Assembly: GCA_944372465.1 (NCBI GenBank)
Contig: CALVZG010000053.1
Span: 1 to 41,631, forward strand
DNA: 41,631 bases
Source of the DNA: an uncultured Clostridia bacterium
GTDB taxonomy: Bacteria; Bacillota; Clostridia; Christensenellales; UBA1242
Reading direction: 5' to 3'
Shown here: positions 8,026 through 16,929 of the stretch, piece by piece
Numbering within the stretch: position 1 is the first letter of the stretch
How the letters are laid out: each line of letters opens with the position of its first letter
Notes under the pieces: generated by a model
Told to the model about the DNA's origin: nothing
Seen by the model: only the letters and a program-made list of their open reading frames with translations
The model's database searches: none
Translations under genes and position numbers: made by a program

Positions 8026-8798
8026 AAAAAATAGAAGAAAATCAAGAAAAAATTGAAAAAAAAGAAGTAATTAATGTAGAAAATGATAAAATAGACGAAA
8101 AAAATAAACTTTTAGTATTGTATGAAGATAACCATTTGATAGTTGTAGTCAAACCACAAAATATACCATCTCAATCGGACATATCTGGAGATGATGATAT
8201 GCTTAATAAAGTAAAGAGATATGTTAAAGAAAAATACAATAAGCAAGGAGAGGCATATATAGGATTAGTTCATCGTTTAGATAGACCAACAGGAGGGATA
8301 ATGGTTTTTGCAAAAACTTCAAAATCTGCCTCTCGTTTATCAGAACAAATAAAAAATAATCAAATGAATAAGACATATTATGCGGTTACTACAAAAATTC
8401 CACAAAGTAGAAATGGGACATTAGTTAATTTTTTAAAGAAAAATGAAAAAGAAAATATTGTTAAAATAGTTCCGCAAACAGAAAAAGATTGCAAAAGAGC
8501 AGAATTAAACTATAAAGTATTGCAAACTGAAGGGGATTTGGCATTAATAGAAATTAAACTTATCACAGGCAGGTCGCATCAAATTAGGGTTCAATTTGCA
8601 GGTATTAATTGCTCACTTTATGGCGACAATAAATATGGAAAAAATAAACAGTCGATGTCTGATAATTTAGGATTATGGGCAGGACGACTTGAATTTGTTC
8701 ATCCTGTAACTAAACAAAAGATGATTTTTGCTTGTCCACCAAATTTAGAGCAAAAGCCATGGTCATATTTTTACATGGAAAAGTATTTTATTAGATAA
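8013..8798 (+). CDS. RluA-family pseudouridine synthase
   Basis: It has the catalytic motif HRLDRPTGG and the GRSHQIR motif. ATG 8013 overlaps the upstream stop and follows AAGGGG, so I prefer it to the track start at 7989. The start remains uncertain. Confidence 0.85.
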   Translation: MEEIKKIEENQEKIEKKEVINVENDKIDEKNKLLVLYEDNHLIVVVKPQNIPSQSDISGDDDMLNKVKRYVKEKYNKQGEAYIGLVHRLDRPTGGIMVFAKTSKSASRLSEQIKNNQMNKTYYAVTTKIPQSRNGTLVNFLKKNEKENIVKIVPQTEKDCKRAELNYKVLQTEGDLALIEIKLITGRSHQIRVQFAGINCSLYGDNKYGKNKQSMSDNLGLWAGRLEFVHPVTKQKMIFACPPNLEQKPWSYFYMEKYFIR

Positions 8799-8815
8799 GA
8801 TTAATGGGGGTTTCA

Positions 8816-10591
8816 ATGAAAAATCGTGAAGAAATAGATATAAAATATACATGGGATTTAAGTCAACTTTGTAATAATAGTGATGAATTTTACCAAAAAA
8901 TTGAAAAAATAAATGAATATTTACCAAAATTTAAAGAATTTGAAGGGAAATTAAATAATAAATCAGATATTTTAAAATATTTAAAATTAGAAAAAGAGTT
9001 TTCAAATTTTGTCGAACCTTTACAAACTTACACATTTTTAAAATTAAGTGAAAAGTTGTCAGATAACAAAAATCAAGAGTTATCAGAGCGACTATCATTT
9101 ATATTAAATAATTTTGAAGTTGAAACATCTTTTGCCACATCTGAATTAGAGAAATTGCCTATCTCAACTTTAGACCAATTTATTAAAGATGAGGATTTTA
9201 AAGATTATGACAGGTTTTTCGAAACAATAAAGAAAGACAAAAAGCATTCATTATCTAAAGCAGAGGAAAAATTGCTTTCAGGAATGGATTTTTTATCAGG
9301 TTTTTCAACTAATAGAGATATGTTATCAGATGTAGATATAAAATTTGGAAAAGTCAAAGATAGTAAAGGTAAGACTTTTGAACTAAATCATTCTAGTTAT
9401 TCTACACTTATGCGAAGTCAAGATAGAAAACTTCGAAAACAAGCATTTATAAAAATGAATGGAACTTTTGGTAAATATATTAATACATTTGCAAACAATT
9501 ATATAAATGAAGTAAAATTAGATTGCTATTTTGCAAAAGTTAGAAAATATAAATCAGCATTAGAAAGAGAATTAAAATCAGAAGAAATAGACAAAGAAGT
9601 TTATGAAATGTTAAAAAAACAAGTGAATAATAATTTATCTATATTATTTGATTATTTTGACATAAAGAAACAAATTTTAGGACTAAAAACCATGTATGTT
9701 TATGATTGCATGGCAGATGTTGGTAAATCTTCACAAAAAAAATATTCATATGATGAAGCAATAGAATTAATAAAAAAGGCAGTAAGCCCTTTAGGCGAAG
9801 AATATGTCAATTTGATAGACAAAGCAAAAAATGAAAGATGGATAGATGTATATCCAAATAAAGATAAATCATCAGGGGCATATGAAATAAATGTATATGG
9901 AGTTCATCCATATGTTATGACAAATTTTGAAGGAGATTTAGATTCTGTTTTTACACTTATACATGAGTTAGGTCATGCAATGCACTCATATTTTTCAGAT
10001 AAAAATCAACCATATTCAAAAGCAGCATATCCAATATTTTTAGCAGAGATAGCAAGCACAACAAATGAAATGTTATTGATTAATTATTTATTGAAGAATA
10101 CAAAAAATAAAGAAGAAAAGGTTGCTCTTTATAATAAACTTTTTGATGAAGTTAAAGGAACAATTTATAGGCAAACAATGTTTTCTGAATTTGAGGAAAG
10201 GGTTCATTCAATTTACGAAAGTGGTCAAAGTTTAACAAAAGACACATTAAATGGTTTGTATTATGTGCTCAATAAAAAATATTTTGGCTCAACAAGATTA
10301 GTTGAAGAAGTAAGATATGAATGGGCTAGAATTCCACACTTTTTTAGGTCGTTTTATGTTTACAAATATGCTACAGGATTAATATGTGCAATAAATTTTG
10401 TCAATAAAATTTTATCCAATGACGAAAATGCCATTGAAAATTATTTTAAATTTTTATCAGCAGGTAATAGTAAAAATCCTATAAAAACACTTCAAAATTC
10501 ACACTGTGATTTAAAAAATAAAGAAACTTTTGAAAGTTGTTTCAATTATTTAAAACATATGCTTAATGAATGGAAAGAATTAATAAAATAA
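8816..10591 (+). CDS. pepF: Oligoendopeptidase F (M3B family)
   Basis: The zinc motif HELGHAMH is present and the length and layout fit PepF. ATG 8816 follows GGGGG, so I prefer it to 8804. Confidence 0.9.
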   Translation: MKNREEIDIKYTWDLSQLCNNSDEFYQKIEKINEYLPKFKEFEGKLNNKSDILKYLKLEKEFSNFVEPLQTYTFLKLSEKLSDNKNQELSERLSFILNNFEVETSFATSELEKLPISTLDQFIKDEDFKDYDRFFETIKKDKKHSLSKAEEKLLSGMDFLSGFSTNRDMLSDVDIKFGKVKDSKGKTFELNHSSYSTLMRSQDRKLRKQAFIKMNGTFGKYINTFANNYINEVKLDCYFAKVRKYKSALERELKSEEIDKEVYEMLKKQVNNNLSILFDYFDIKKQILGLKTMYVYDCMADVGKSSQKKYSYDEAIELIKKAVSPLGEEYVNLIDKAKNERWIDVYPNKDKSSGAYEINVYGVHPYVMTNFEGDLDSVFTLIHELGHAMHSYFSDKNQPYSKAAYPIFLAEIASTTNEMLLINYLLKNTKNKEEKVALYNKLFDEVKGTIYRQTMFSEFEERVHSIYESGQSLTKDTLNGLYYVLNKKYFGSTRLVEEVRYEWARIPHFFRSFYVYKYATGLICAINFVNKILSNDENAIENYFKFLSAGNSKNPIKTLQNSHCDLKNKETFESCFNYLKHMLNEWKELIK

Positions 10592-10601
10592 AAGTTAATA
10601 T

Positions 10602-10752
10602 CAGACTGTACAATACAACTCGACAAGAAAACAAAAGTTTTTATGCTTTGTTAACTGCAAATGCTTAAAATAGCCATTTAATTATAATAAACTTTTGTTT
10701 TTGTCAGTTTTAGAGCCAATATTTCAGTATTTGCCTGCAGTCTGTTATTTTT
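10602..10752 (+). other. ~145-nt nested stem-loop element plus T-run, between pepF and the orphan cassette
   Basis: The outer stem is CAGACTG (10602-10608) / CAGTCTG (10738-10744). The inner stem is GACAAGAAAACAAAAGTTT (10622-10640) / AAACTTTTGTTTTTGTC (10689-10705). TTATTTTT follows the element. Confidence 0.5.
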
Positions 10753-10798
10753 AATCCTATAAAAATTGCTTAATAATTAATTTTCTTTGAAAAGGTTA

Positions 10799-10828
10799 TT
10801 GCTTTTTATAGAGTCAATATGTTAAAAT
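10799..10828 (+). promoter_or_regulatory. Candidate promoter of the orphan cassette
   Basis: TTGCTT (10799-10804), an 18-nt spacer, then TAAAAT (10823-10828) with an extended -10 TGt. Confidence 0.4.
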
Positions 10829-10858
10829 GTAATTGATGAAAAACAAAAAGGTAAGCAG

Positions 10859-12316
10859 ATGAAGAAAAATAGTTTACATAATAAGAACGCAATTTCAAAT
10901 AAGAAAAAGAAGCATTATTATATAAAAAAAGATGAAAATGCTTTCTTAAGAAAAGAAGTTGATGCATTTTTAATGACGAGTGGAGTGTCAGCAATTTACA
11001 AACTTACAAGTGCAATTTCTAAATTAAAAATTCCTCTACACAATGCAAAAGAAGTAATAAAATATGCAATATGTGAAGAGATAAAAAGATATAATAATGA
11101 GGCAAGTGAAAGTGGTGTAACTATTAAGAATAGACATAGCACAATGCTTATGAATTTAGATACTACTAATTTTATTGCAAGAGAATGGCAATATGTACCA
11201 TTTATATTAAAAAACAGAGATTATCTTGAACTTCAAACTACTCCAAAATTTCCTATTTTTATTGAGAATTATGATTATAGTTTACCTTTGTATGAGTTTA
11301 AAAATAATATAAAATTCAATAATGAAATAAATTTTCAAAGAAAAAATGTAATAACATCAAATGATGTGCAATTTTATATTTCCAATGACGAAAAGGTACT
11401 TTTTTCAAAAGTAACAAATTTATTATTTAGCCCAATAAGTTATAAACTAATAAAAGAATTTAAAAAAACATTATCGCCGAATGATAATGTTGAGCAAATA
11501 AAATATATGCCTTCATTATATGAAAGGTCTTTTTCTATTTCAATGTATGTAATTTTAGAAGGTGATACAAAGAAAACTCATATGTATATGCGTTATGATA
11601 GTTCAAGCAAAACGCATAAAAATATATATATTGGCAATGACAAAAGAGAGAATATCTTTGGATATGAAGCAGAAAATCCTCACTTTCATTTCCAAAATGA
11701 AGATGACAACCTTCTCTGCATAAAAAAGTTTAGAGATGGATATAGACAAATCAAATGGAAAACGGGAAGGTGCAATGCAATAGACTTAAAACATTTAATA
11801 AATTATTTAACAGAATTAGATAGTTTTACAAGAGAAAAGGTTGAAAAATTATATTTTGATGATATGCATTACAATATGCCTTTCTTAAAAGCGAAATTTA
11901 ATAATCAACCATTTTGTACAAAAAGTATTAATACCATGCTTTTAAATTATAAAAATGAAAAAGGTTCAATAGATGAAGAATATATAAAAAAGATAAAAGA
12001 TAAATTTGAAATTTTAAATCAACGAATTTATAATAATAGCAAAAATAAAGTATTTAAAAATTTAATTACCTCACTAAAATTTTTACAGTTTATTTGTGAT
12101 GAGAGAGTAAACACGAAAAACTTAAATGAACTTGAAAATTTATCAAAACTTGAAATAATAGTAGCAAGTGATATAATGAATGCTATAAATTGTAGTCAAG
12201 AAAAAGTTATTGAAAAAGATTATCAACCAAAATATATAATTAACGGCGATTATTTATTAAGTAAACAAAAGAAAAATCAACCAAAAGAACATAATGAAGA
12301 TAATCAAAAACAATAA
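10859..12316 (+). CDS. Hypothetical protein, 485 aa, no family recognised
   Basis: A long uninterrupted ORF with composition like its neighbours. It contains ENPHFHFQNEDD (H-phi-H-phi-Q, nt 11681-11695). I saw no TM segment and no Walker motif. Confidence 0.75.
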   Translation: MKKNSLHNKNAISNKKKKHYYIKKDENAFLRKEVDAFLMTSGVSAIYKLTSAISKLKIPLHNAKEVIKYAICEEIKRYNNEASESGVTIKNRHSTMLMNLDTTNFIAREWQYVPFILKNRDYLELQTTPKFPIFIENYDYSLPLYEFKNNIKFNNEINFQRKNVITSNDVQFYISNDEKVLFSKVTNLLFSPISYKLIKEFKKTLSPNDNVEQIKYMPSLYERSFSISMYVILEGDTKKTHMYMRYDSSSKTHKNIYIGNDKRENIFGYEAENPHFHFQNEDDNLLCIKKFRDGYRQIKWKTGRCNAIDLKHLINYLTELDSFTREKVEKLYFDDMHYNMPFLKAKFNNQPFCTKSINTMLLNYKNEKGSIDEEYIKKIKDKFEILNQRIYNNSKNKVFKNLITSLKFLQFICDERVNTKNLNELENLSKLEIIVASDIMNAINCSQEKVIEKDYQPKYIINGDYLLSKQKKNQPKEHNEDNQKQ

Positions 12317-12329
12317 ATAGGAGAAAAAA

Positions 12330-12701
12330 ATGAGTAATATTGATGACTGTTTAAAAGTTTTAAAAAAATACATAAGTGCAGATAAAATAAAACAAATGGC
12401 ATATAATAAATATTTAATTGATATGGATTTGATTTTATTTAATAGTCAAGATGTATTGCCAATATATCTTGTAGAGATAGATAAAAAATTATATTTAGCA
12501 GATTATGGATATACGACAAAAAATTTAAACTTATCTTTACAAACTCAACAATTTATTAAAAAAATTCTTGAAAATCATGGTGGTATAACTTATGAAGAAG
12601 GGAATTTATTATTAGGAACGAACATAGAAAGAATATATTTAGATTTAAACTATTTTATTATGGCAATAATGTTATGCCAATCGTTAGATAATTATAAATA
12701 A
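12330..12701 (+). CDS. Hypothetical small protein, 123 aa (possibly DUF1828-like)
   Basis: RBS AGGAG sits 7 nt upstream, and the start is 13 nt after the previous stop. The pattern LYLADYGYTTKNL...IKKILENHGG is reminiscent of DUF1828-type small alpha/beta proteins. That resemblance is recollection only. Confidence 0.7.
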   Translation: MSNIDDCLKVLKKYISADKIKQMAYNKYLIDMDLILFNSQDVLPIYLVEIDKKLYLADYGYTTKNLNLSLQTQQFIKKILENHGGITYEEGNLLLGTNIERIYLDLNYFIMAIMLCQSLDNYK

Positions 12702-12751
12702 TAAAACAATAAAAATTACAATTTGTATAATTTAAAAGATTTTTATATAAT

Positions 12752-12782
12752 GCTTAATTGTTTTACTTTTAAGCTTTTTTTT
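12752..12782 (+). terminator. Intrinsic terminator closing the orphan cassette
   Basis: GCTTAA...TTAAGC hairpin followed by TTTTTTTT. Confidence 0.75.
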
Positions 12783-12946
12783 GATATAATAAATTATAGC
12801 AAAATACTAATTACATTTGATAAATATTGCAAAATATCAACGCAAAATAAAAAATAATATTAATATATTAGTTTATTTTGTTATGAATGACATAAAATTT
12901 AATGAAAGAATAAAAATAAAAAGACATCTTCAAATTGGAGGACCAA

Positions 12947-13897
12947 ATGGAAAATATTATAGTTGTAGATAACTTAACACAGGACTATGGTCATGGAAGA
13001 GGTGTTTTTGATGTGTCTTTTTCTGTAAAAAAAGGTGAAGTATTTGGTTTTTTAGGCCCAAACGGAGCAGGAAAATCAACAACAATAAGACATATTATGG
13101 GCTTTTCTCGCCCTCAAAAGGGAGAGATAAAAGTGTTTGATATGGAAACCTTTAAAAATTATTACAAAATTTTAGGTAGAATTGGTTATCTTCCGGGAGA
13201 AATAGCATTGCCAGAAGGACTGACAGGTTGGGAATTTATAAAAATGATGTGGAGTTTAAGAAAAGTTGAAGATAAAGAAAGACTAGATTATCTTTTAGAT
13301 AAATTTAAACTTAATCCATCAGAAGAAACAAAAAAAATGAGTTTAGGAGATAAAAGAAAACTTGCCATTATAACTGCTTTTATGCATGACCCTGAAGTTT
13401 TAATATTAGATGAACCAACAAGTGGTCTAGACCCTGTAATGCAACAAACATTTATAGATTTTATTAAAGATGAGAAGAAAAAAGGCAAGACTATATTGTT
13501 ATCTTCTCATATGTTTAACGAAGTAGAAGCAACTTGTGATAGAATAGCAATTATAAAAGACGGAAAAATTGTTTCAGAATTTGACACAAGTGATATAACG
13601 CACAATGAAAATAAAAGTTTTAAAATAATATTTAAAAATTCTGAAGAATTTGATAAGTTTGTATCATCTCTTCCAAAATTAAGGAAAAATTCAATAAATA
13701 TAAAGAGAATTTCTATAAGAGAAAGTGATAAAGAAAAAAGATGTGTCATAGTGGCAGTAAATGATAAAGATATAAATAATTTAGTTAATATTTTAAGTGA
13801 ATATAAGATTATTGCTTTCGAACAAGAAAAATTTACTCTTGAAGATTATTTTATGCAGTTTTATAAGGAAGATAAAAATTTTGGAGGTGTTTTATAA
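12947..13897 (+). CDS. ABC transporter ATP-binding protein (ABC-2/NatA-like), copy 1
   Basis: Walker A GPNGAGKST, signature LGDKRK (degenerate LSGGQ), Walker B ILILDEPTSGLD and H-loop SSHMF. ATG 12947 follows GGAGGA. Confidence 0.9.
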   Translation: MENIIVVDNLTQDYGHGRGVFDVSFSVKKGEVFGFLGPNGAGKSTTIRHIMGFSRPQKGEIKVFDMETFKNYYKILGRIGYLPGEIALPEGLTGWEFIKMMWSLRKVEDKERLDYLLDKFKLNPSEETKKMSLGDKRKLAIITAFMHDPEVLILDEPTSGLDPVMQQTFIDFIKDEKKKGKTILLSSHMFNEVEATCDRIAIIKDGKIVSEFDTSDITHNENKSFKIIFKNSEEFDKFVSSLPKLRKNSINIKRISIRESDKEKRCVIVAVNDKDINNLVNILSEYKIIAFEQEKFTLEDYFMQFYKEDKNFGGVL

Positions 13898-15072
13898 TGG
13901 AAAATGTAATTAAAGTGGAACACTTAACCAAGGACTATGGAGAAGGTAGAGGTATATTTGATATAAATTTTGAAGTAAAGAAAGGAGAAACATTTGGTTT
14001 TGTTGGAACTAATGGCAGTGGTAAAACTACAACAATAAGACATATTATGGGATTTTTAAAGGCACGAGAGGGAATAGTAAATGTTTTAGGAATGGATGCA
14101 TGGAAAGATTCGTGTAAAATAAAAAAGTTTGTTGAATATATACCTGGAGAAATAGCCTTTCCAGATTTAAAAGATGGTACTACATTTTTAAAAACTCAAG
14201 CAGAATTACTCAATCTAAAAGATATGAATTATGCTAATTATTTGATAGAGAAATTGCAATTAGACACTTCTGCAAACTTAAAAAGAATGAGTAAAGGAAT
14301 GAAACAAAAGACTGCAATAGTTGCAGCGTTTATGGCAGATAAAGATATTTTGGTCCTTGATGAACCTAGCACAGGATTAGACCCATTGATGAGAGAAACC
14401 TTTATAGAACTTGTCAAAGCAGAGAAAGAAAAGGGCAAAACAATATTGATGAGTAGTCAAATGTTTGACGAACTTGAAGATGTTTGTGATAGAGTTGCTT
14501 TGATTTTTAATGGAAGAATCATAGATATTGCAGATATGCACCAATTAAACAATTTGCCATATAAAACTTATAAAGTTGAATTTAAACAGAGAGAAGATTA
14601 TTTAAAATTTAAAAGATTAAAATATGAAATAGTTCGCGACCAAGAAAAATACAATCAAGTAACAATTAAAGTATACACTAAAGATTATAATAGGTTATTT
14701 AATACATTAAAGAACTATAATTTAAAATTCATTGCAGAAATCAAATATAATTTAGAGAAACATTTTAAAGAAATTTTGAAAAAAGAATATGACAGAATAG
14801 ATAATGAAAAGTTATCACAAGAATATAATAATTATCAAAATCAAGATAAAGAATATACAAAACAACAAAAGAAAAAAGAAAAGCAAGAACTAATAATAGA
14901 AAAGAATGAAAAATTTTTCAATAAAAAAAAGGAAGATGAAAAGAAGGAAGAAGATAAAAAGTTTGAGATAGATAAAAAAGAATTTTTAAAATCAGGCAAG
15001 AAAGACAAAAAATTACGATTGAAACAGCAAAAAAAAGAAGAAAAATTAAAAAAGGAGAAAAAAGATGTTTAG
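13897..15072 (+). CDS. ABC transporter ATP-binding protein, copy 2, with a Lys/Glu-rich C-terminal tail
   Basis: Walker A GTNGSGKTT and Walker B ILVLDEPSTGLD. The ATG overlaps the previous TAA. The last ~100 aa are K/E/Q low complexity. Confidence 0.9.
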   Translation: MENVIKVEHLTKDYGEGRGIFDINFEVKKGETFGFVGTNGSGKTTTIRHIMGFLKAREGIVNVLGMDAWKDSCKIKKFVEYIPGEIAFPDLKDGTTFLKTQAELLNLKDMNYANYLIEKLQLDTSANLKRMSKGMKQKTAIVAAFMADKDILVLDEPSTGLDPLMRETFIELVKAEKEKGKTILMSSQMFDELEDVCDRVALIFNGRIIDIADMHQLNNLPYKTYKVEFKQREDYLKFKRLKYEIVRDQEKYNQVTIKVYTKDYNRLFNTLKNYNLKFIAEIKYNLEKHFKEILKKEYDRIDNEKLSQEYNNYQNQDKEYTKQQKKKEKQELIIEKNEKFFNKKKEDEKKEEDKKFEIDKKEFLKSGKKDKKLRLKQQKKEEKLKKEKKDV

Positions 15073-16735
15073 TAAAGCACTATTTAAACAATCAATGAAA
15101 GCAAATTGGGGAAAATGGCTTGCTGCGACACTCTCAACTTGTATTATGCTTGCTATTGTTATTATCGTGCTAGGCAATCTTGGCATTAATGATATAAGAG
15201 ATTCGCTCAGCGATGTTTTTACTCAAGCGGACCAAGAATCATATTTAAAAGAGAATGCGATAGATAGTTATGATTTATATCTTACTTCAGTTGAACTTGA
15301 AGGAACAATGCAAAATCTTGACAATGAAACAACTAAAACAGCATACGAATATATAATTGCACCTTATTTGAAAAATATAGAAGACTATAAAACAAATAAT
15401 GGTGGTCAAGAGCCTGACACACAAGCACTAGAAGAGATAAGAAATCAAACAATAAATGATGATATTTTGGGCAATCCTATGACATGGCTTGTTATATCAT
15501 CATATTTAGATATTTCCAAAGAGCAGGCAACACAATTATTAAATGTCGTATATGATAATTATGAACAAGATAAATTTACAGTTGAAGATGCACAATTTCA
15601 AACAAAAATGATAACTTTAATAAAAACAACATATTTAAATTATATATATATTTATACTTATCAAACTAGTTTATCTCAAGAAAATTCTACCGAAACAAGT
15701 GCAGAATATAATGCACAACTTATGCAAGAAATGATTGAAAAAGCAATGCAGTCATATCAAGCACCAGTGGGAGAATTTGATAAAACTCCTTATAAAGAAA
15801 CTGCATTGTCAAGTGTAAATGAAATGTTATATAATTCAACATATACAATGTATTATGATATGTACATACAACAAGGTATGACAACAGAAGATGCTGACAC
15901 AAATGCTAAACTATATGCAGTTACAGTAAAAGTTCTTTCAAATACTGCCATCAGCACATATGAATTATGGCTTACAGAATTAGGAGATGTAGAGGGGGCA
16001 CAAGAGCAAGCAAGGACAAAAGCAAGTGCTAGCATAACTGACCAAATTCCTGAAAAAGTAGCAGAGGCTTTGACAGAACTTGGGAATATGGATATATATA
16101 GTTTAATAATAGGTTCAATCTTTTATAGAATTGCAGGTCTATTGATGCCTATGGTATTTGTAATAATGACGGCAAATGGATTGTTAGCAGGGCAAGTAGA
16201 TTCAGGTTCAATGGCTTATGTACTTTCAACACCAACAAAGCGTAGAGCAGTTACAGTAACACAAATGACATATTTGGTAGTTGCACTATTTGCAATGTTT
16301 TCTCTTTTAACTGTAACAAGTGTGATAGCCGTTTGGGTTTCAGGCGGTAATTCATTTGCAATAAATTATGCCCAGATACTTTTGTTTAATTTAGGTGCAT
16401 TTTTATCAATGTTTGCAATAGCAGGTTTTTGTTTTATGTGTTCGGCATTATTTAATAGAACAAAATATTCTCTTGGTATAGGTGGAGGAATTACTATATT
16501 TTCACTTGTTTGTACAATATTAGGATTATTTGGTTCAAGCGTAGTGCCATCAGCCATGAGAATATCAGCAATGAATTTCTTTAATTATTTATCTATAATA
16601 ACATTATATGATACAGTTTCTATTATGGGAGGAACATTAAGTTATTTGTGGAAATTTGGTATTTTACTTGCAATAGGTGTTGTTACTTTTATAATAGGAA
16701 TTTTCAGATTTGATAAAAAAGATTTGCCTTTATAA
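15065..16735 (+). CDS. ABC-2 type transporter permease with a large extracytoplasmic domain
   Basis: There is one N-terminal TM segment, a ~300-aa polar domain and then about 5 TM helices. It is translationally coupled to the ATPase genes (RBS AGGAG). Confidence 0.8.
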   Translation: MFSKALFKQSMKANWGKWLAATLSTCIMLAIVIIVLGNLGINDIRDSLSDVFTQADQESYLKENAIDSYDLYLTSVELEGTMQNLDNETTKTAYEYIIAPYLKNIEDYKTNNGGQEPDTQALEEIRNQTINDDILGNPMTWLVISSYLDISKEQATQLLNVVYDNYEQDKFTVEDAQFQTKMITLIKTTYLNYIYIYTYQTSLSQENSTETSAEYNAQLMQEMIEKAMQSYQAPVGEFDKTPYKETALSSVNEMLYNSTYTMYYDMYIQQGMTTEDADTNAKLYAVTVKVLSNTAISTYELWLTELGDVEGAQEQARTKASASITDQIPEKVAEALTELGNMDIYSLIIGSIFYRIAGLLMPMVFVIMTANGLLAGQVDSGSMAYVLSTPTKRRAVTVTQMTYLVVALFAMFSLLTVTSVIAVWVSGGNSFAINYAQILLFNLGAFLSMFAIAGFCFMCSALFNRTKYSLGIGGGITIFSLVCTILGLFGSSVVPSAMRISAMNFFNYLSIITLYDTVSIMGGTLSYLWKFGILLAIGVVTFIIGIFRFDKKDLPL

Positions 16736-16763
16736 AACTAAATTATAACAAGAAAATAAAAAT

Positions 16764-16806
16764 AAAATGCACTTAAAAAATATTCTTTGAAGTGCATTTT
16801 TATTTT
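16764..16806. terminator. Bidirectional terminator between the ABC operon and glmM
   Basis: AAAATGCACTT...AAGTGCATTTT hairpin flanked by an A-run and a T-run. Confidence 0.7.
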
Positions 16807-16929
16807 AAAAATTTTTATAAATATATCGAAATAAAATTTCAAATTAATAAAATTGAAATATATTTTTTGATTTATTGATAATAATTTTTCAACCTTAAAT
16901 TTTTTAACCATAAAAATAAAGAATAATTT

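Noticed and set aside
10707-10717. GTTTTAGAGCC, which resembles the first bases of type II-A (Cas9) CRISPR repeats, with GCTTAAAATAGCC nearby faintly recalling a tracrRNA segment.
   Set aside because: It is a single occurrence. There are no repeat-spacer periodicity, no cas genes and no complementary anti-repeat anywhere in the window. The 11-mer sits inside the larger hairpin element and is most likely coincidental.
11840-11880. A YFDD tetrapeptide in the 485-aa orphan protein, resembling the reverse-transcriptase YxDD motif. Together with the upstream structured RNA this raised the idea of a retron.
   Set aside because: The other RT motifs are not visible (no motif A aspartate context and no fingers/palm pattern). 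The motif lies in a helical, K/E-rich region.
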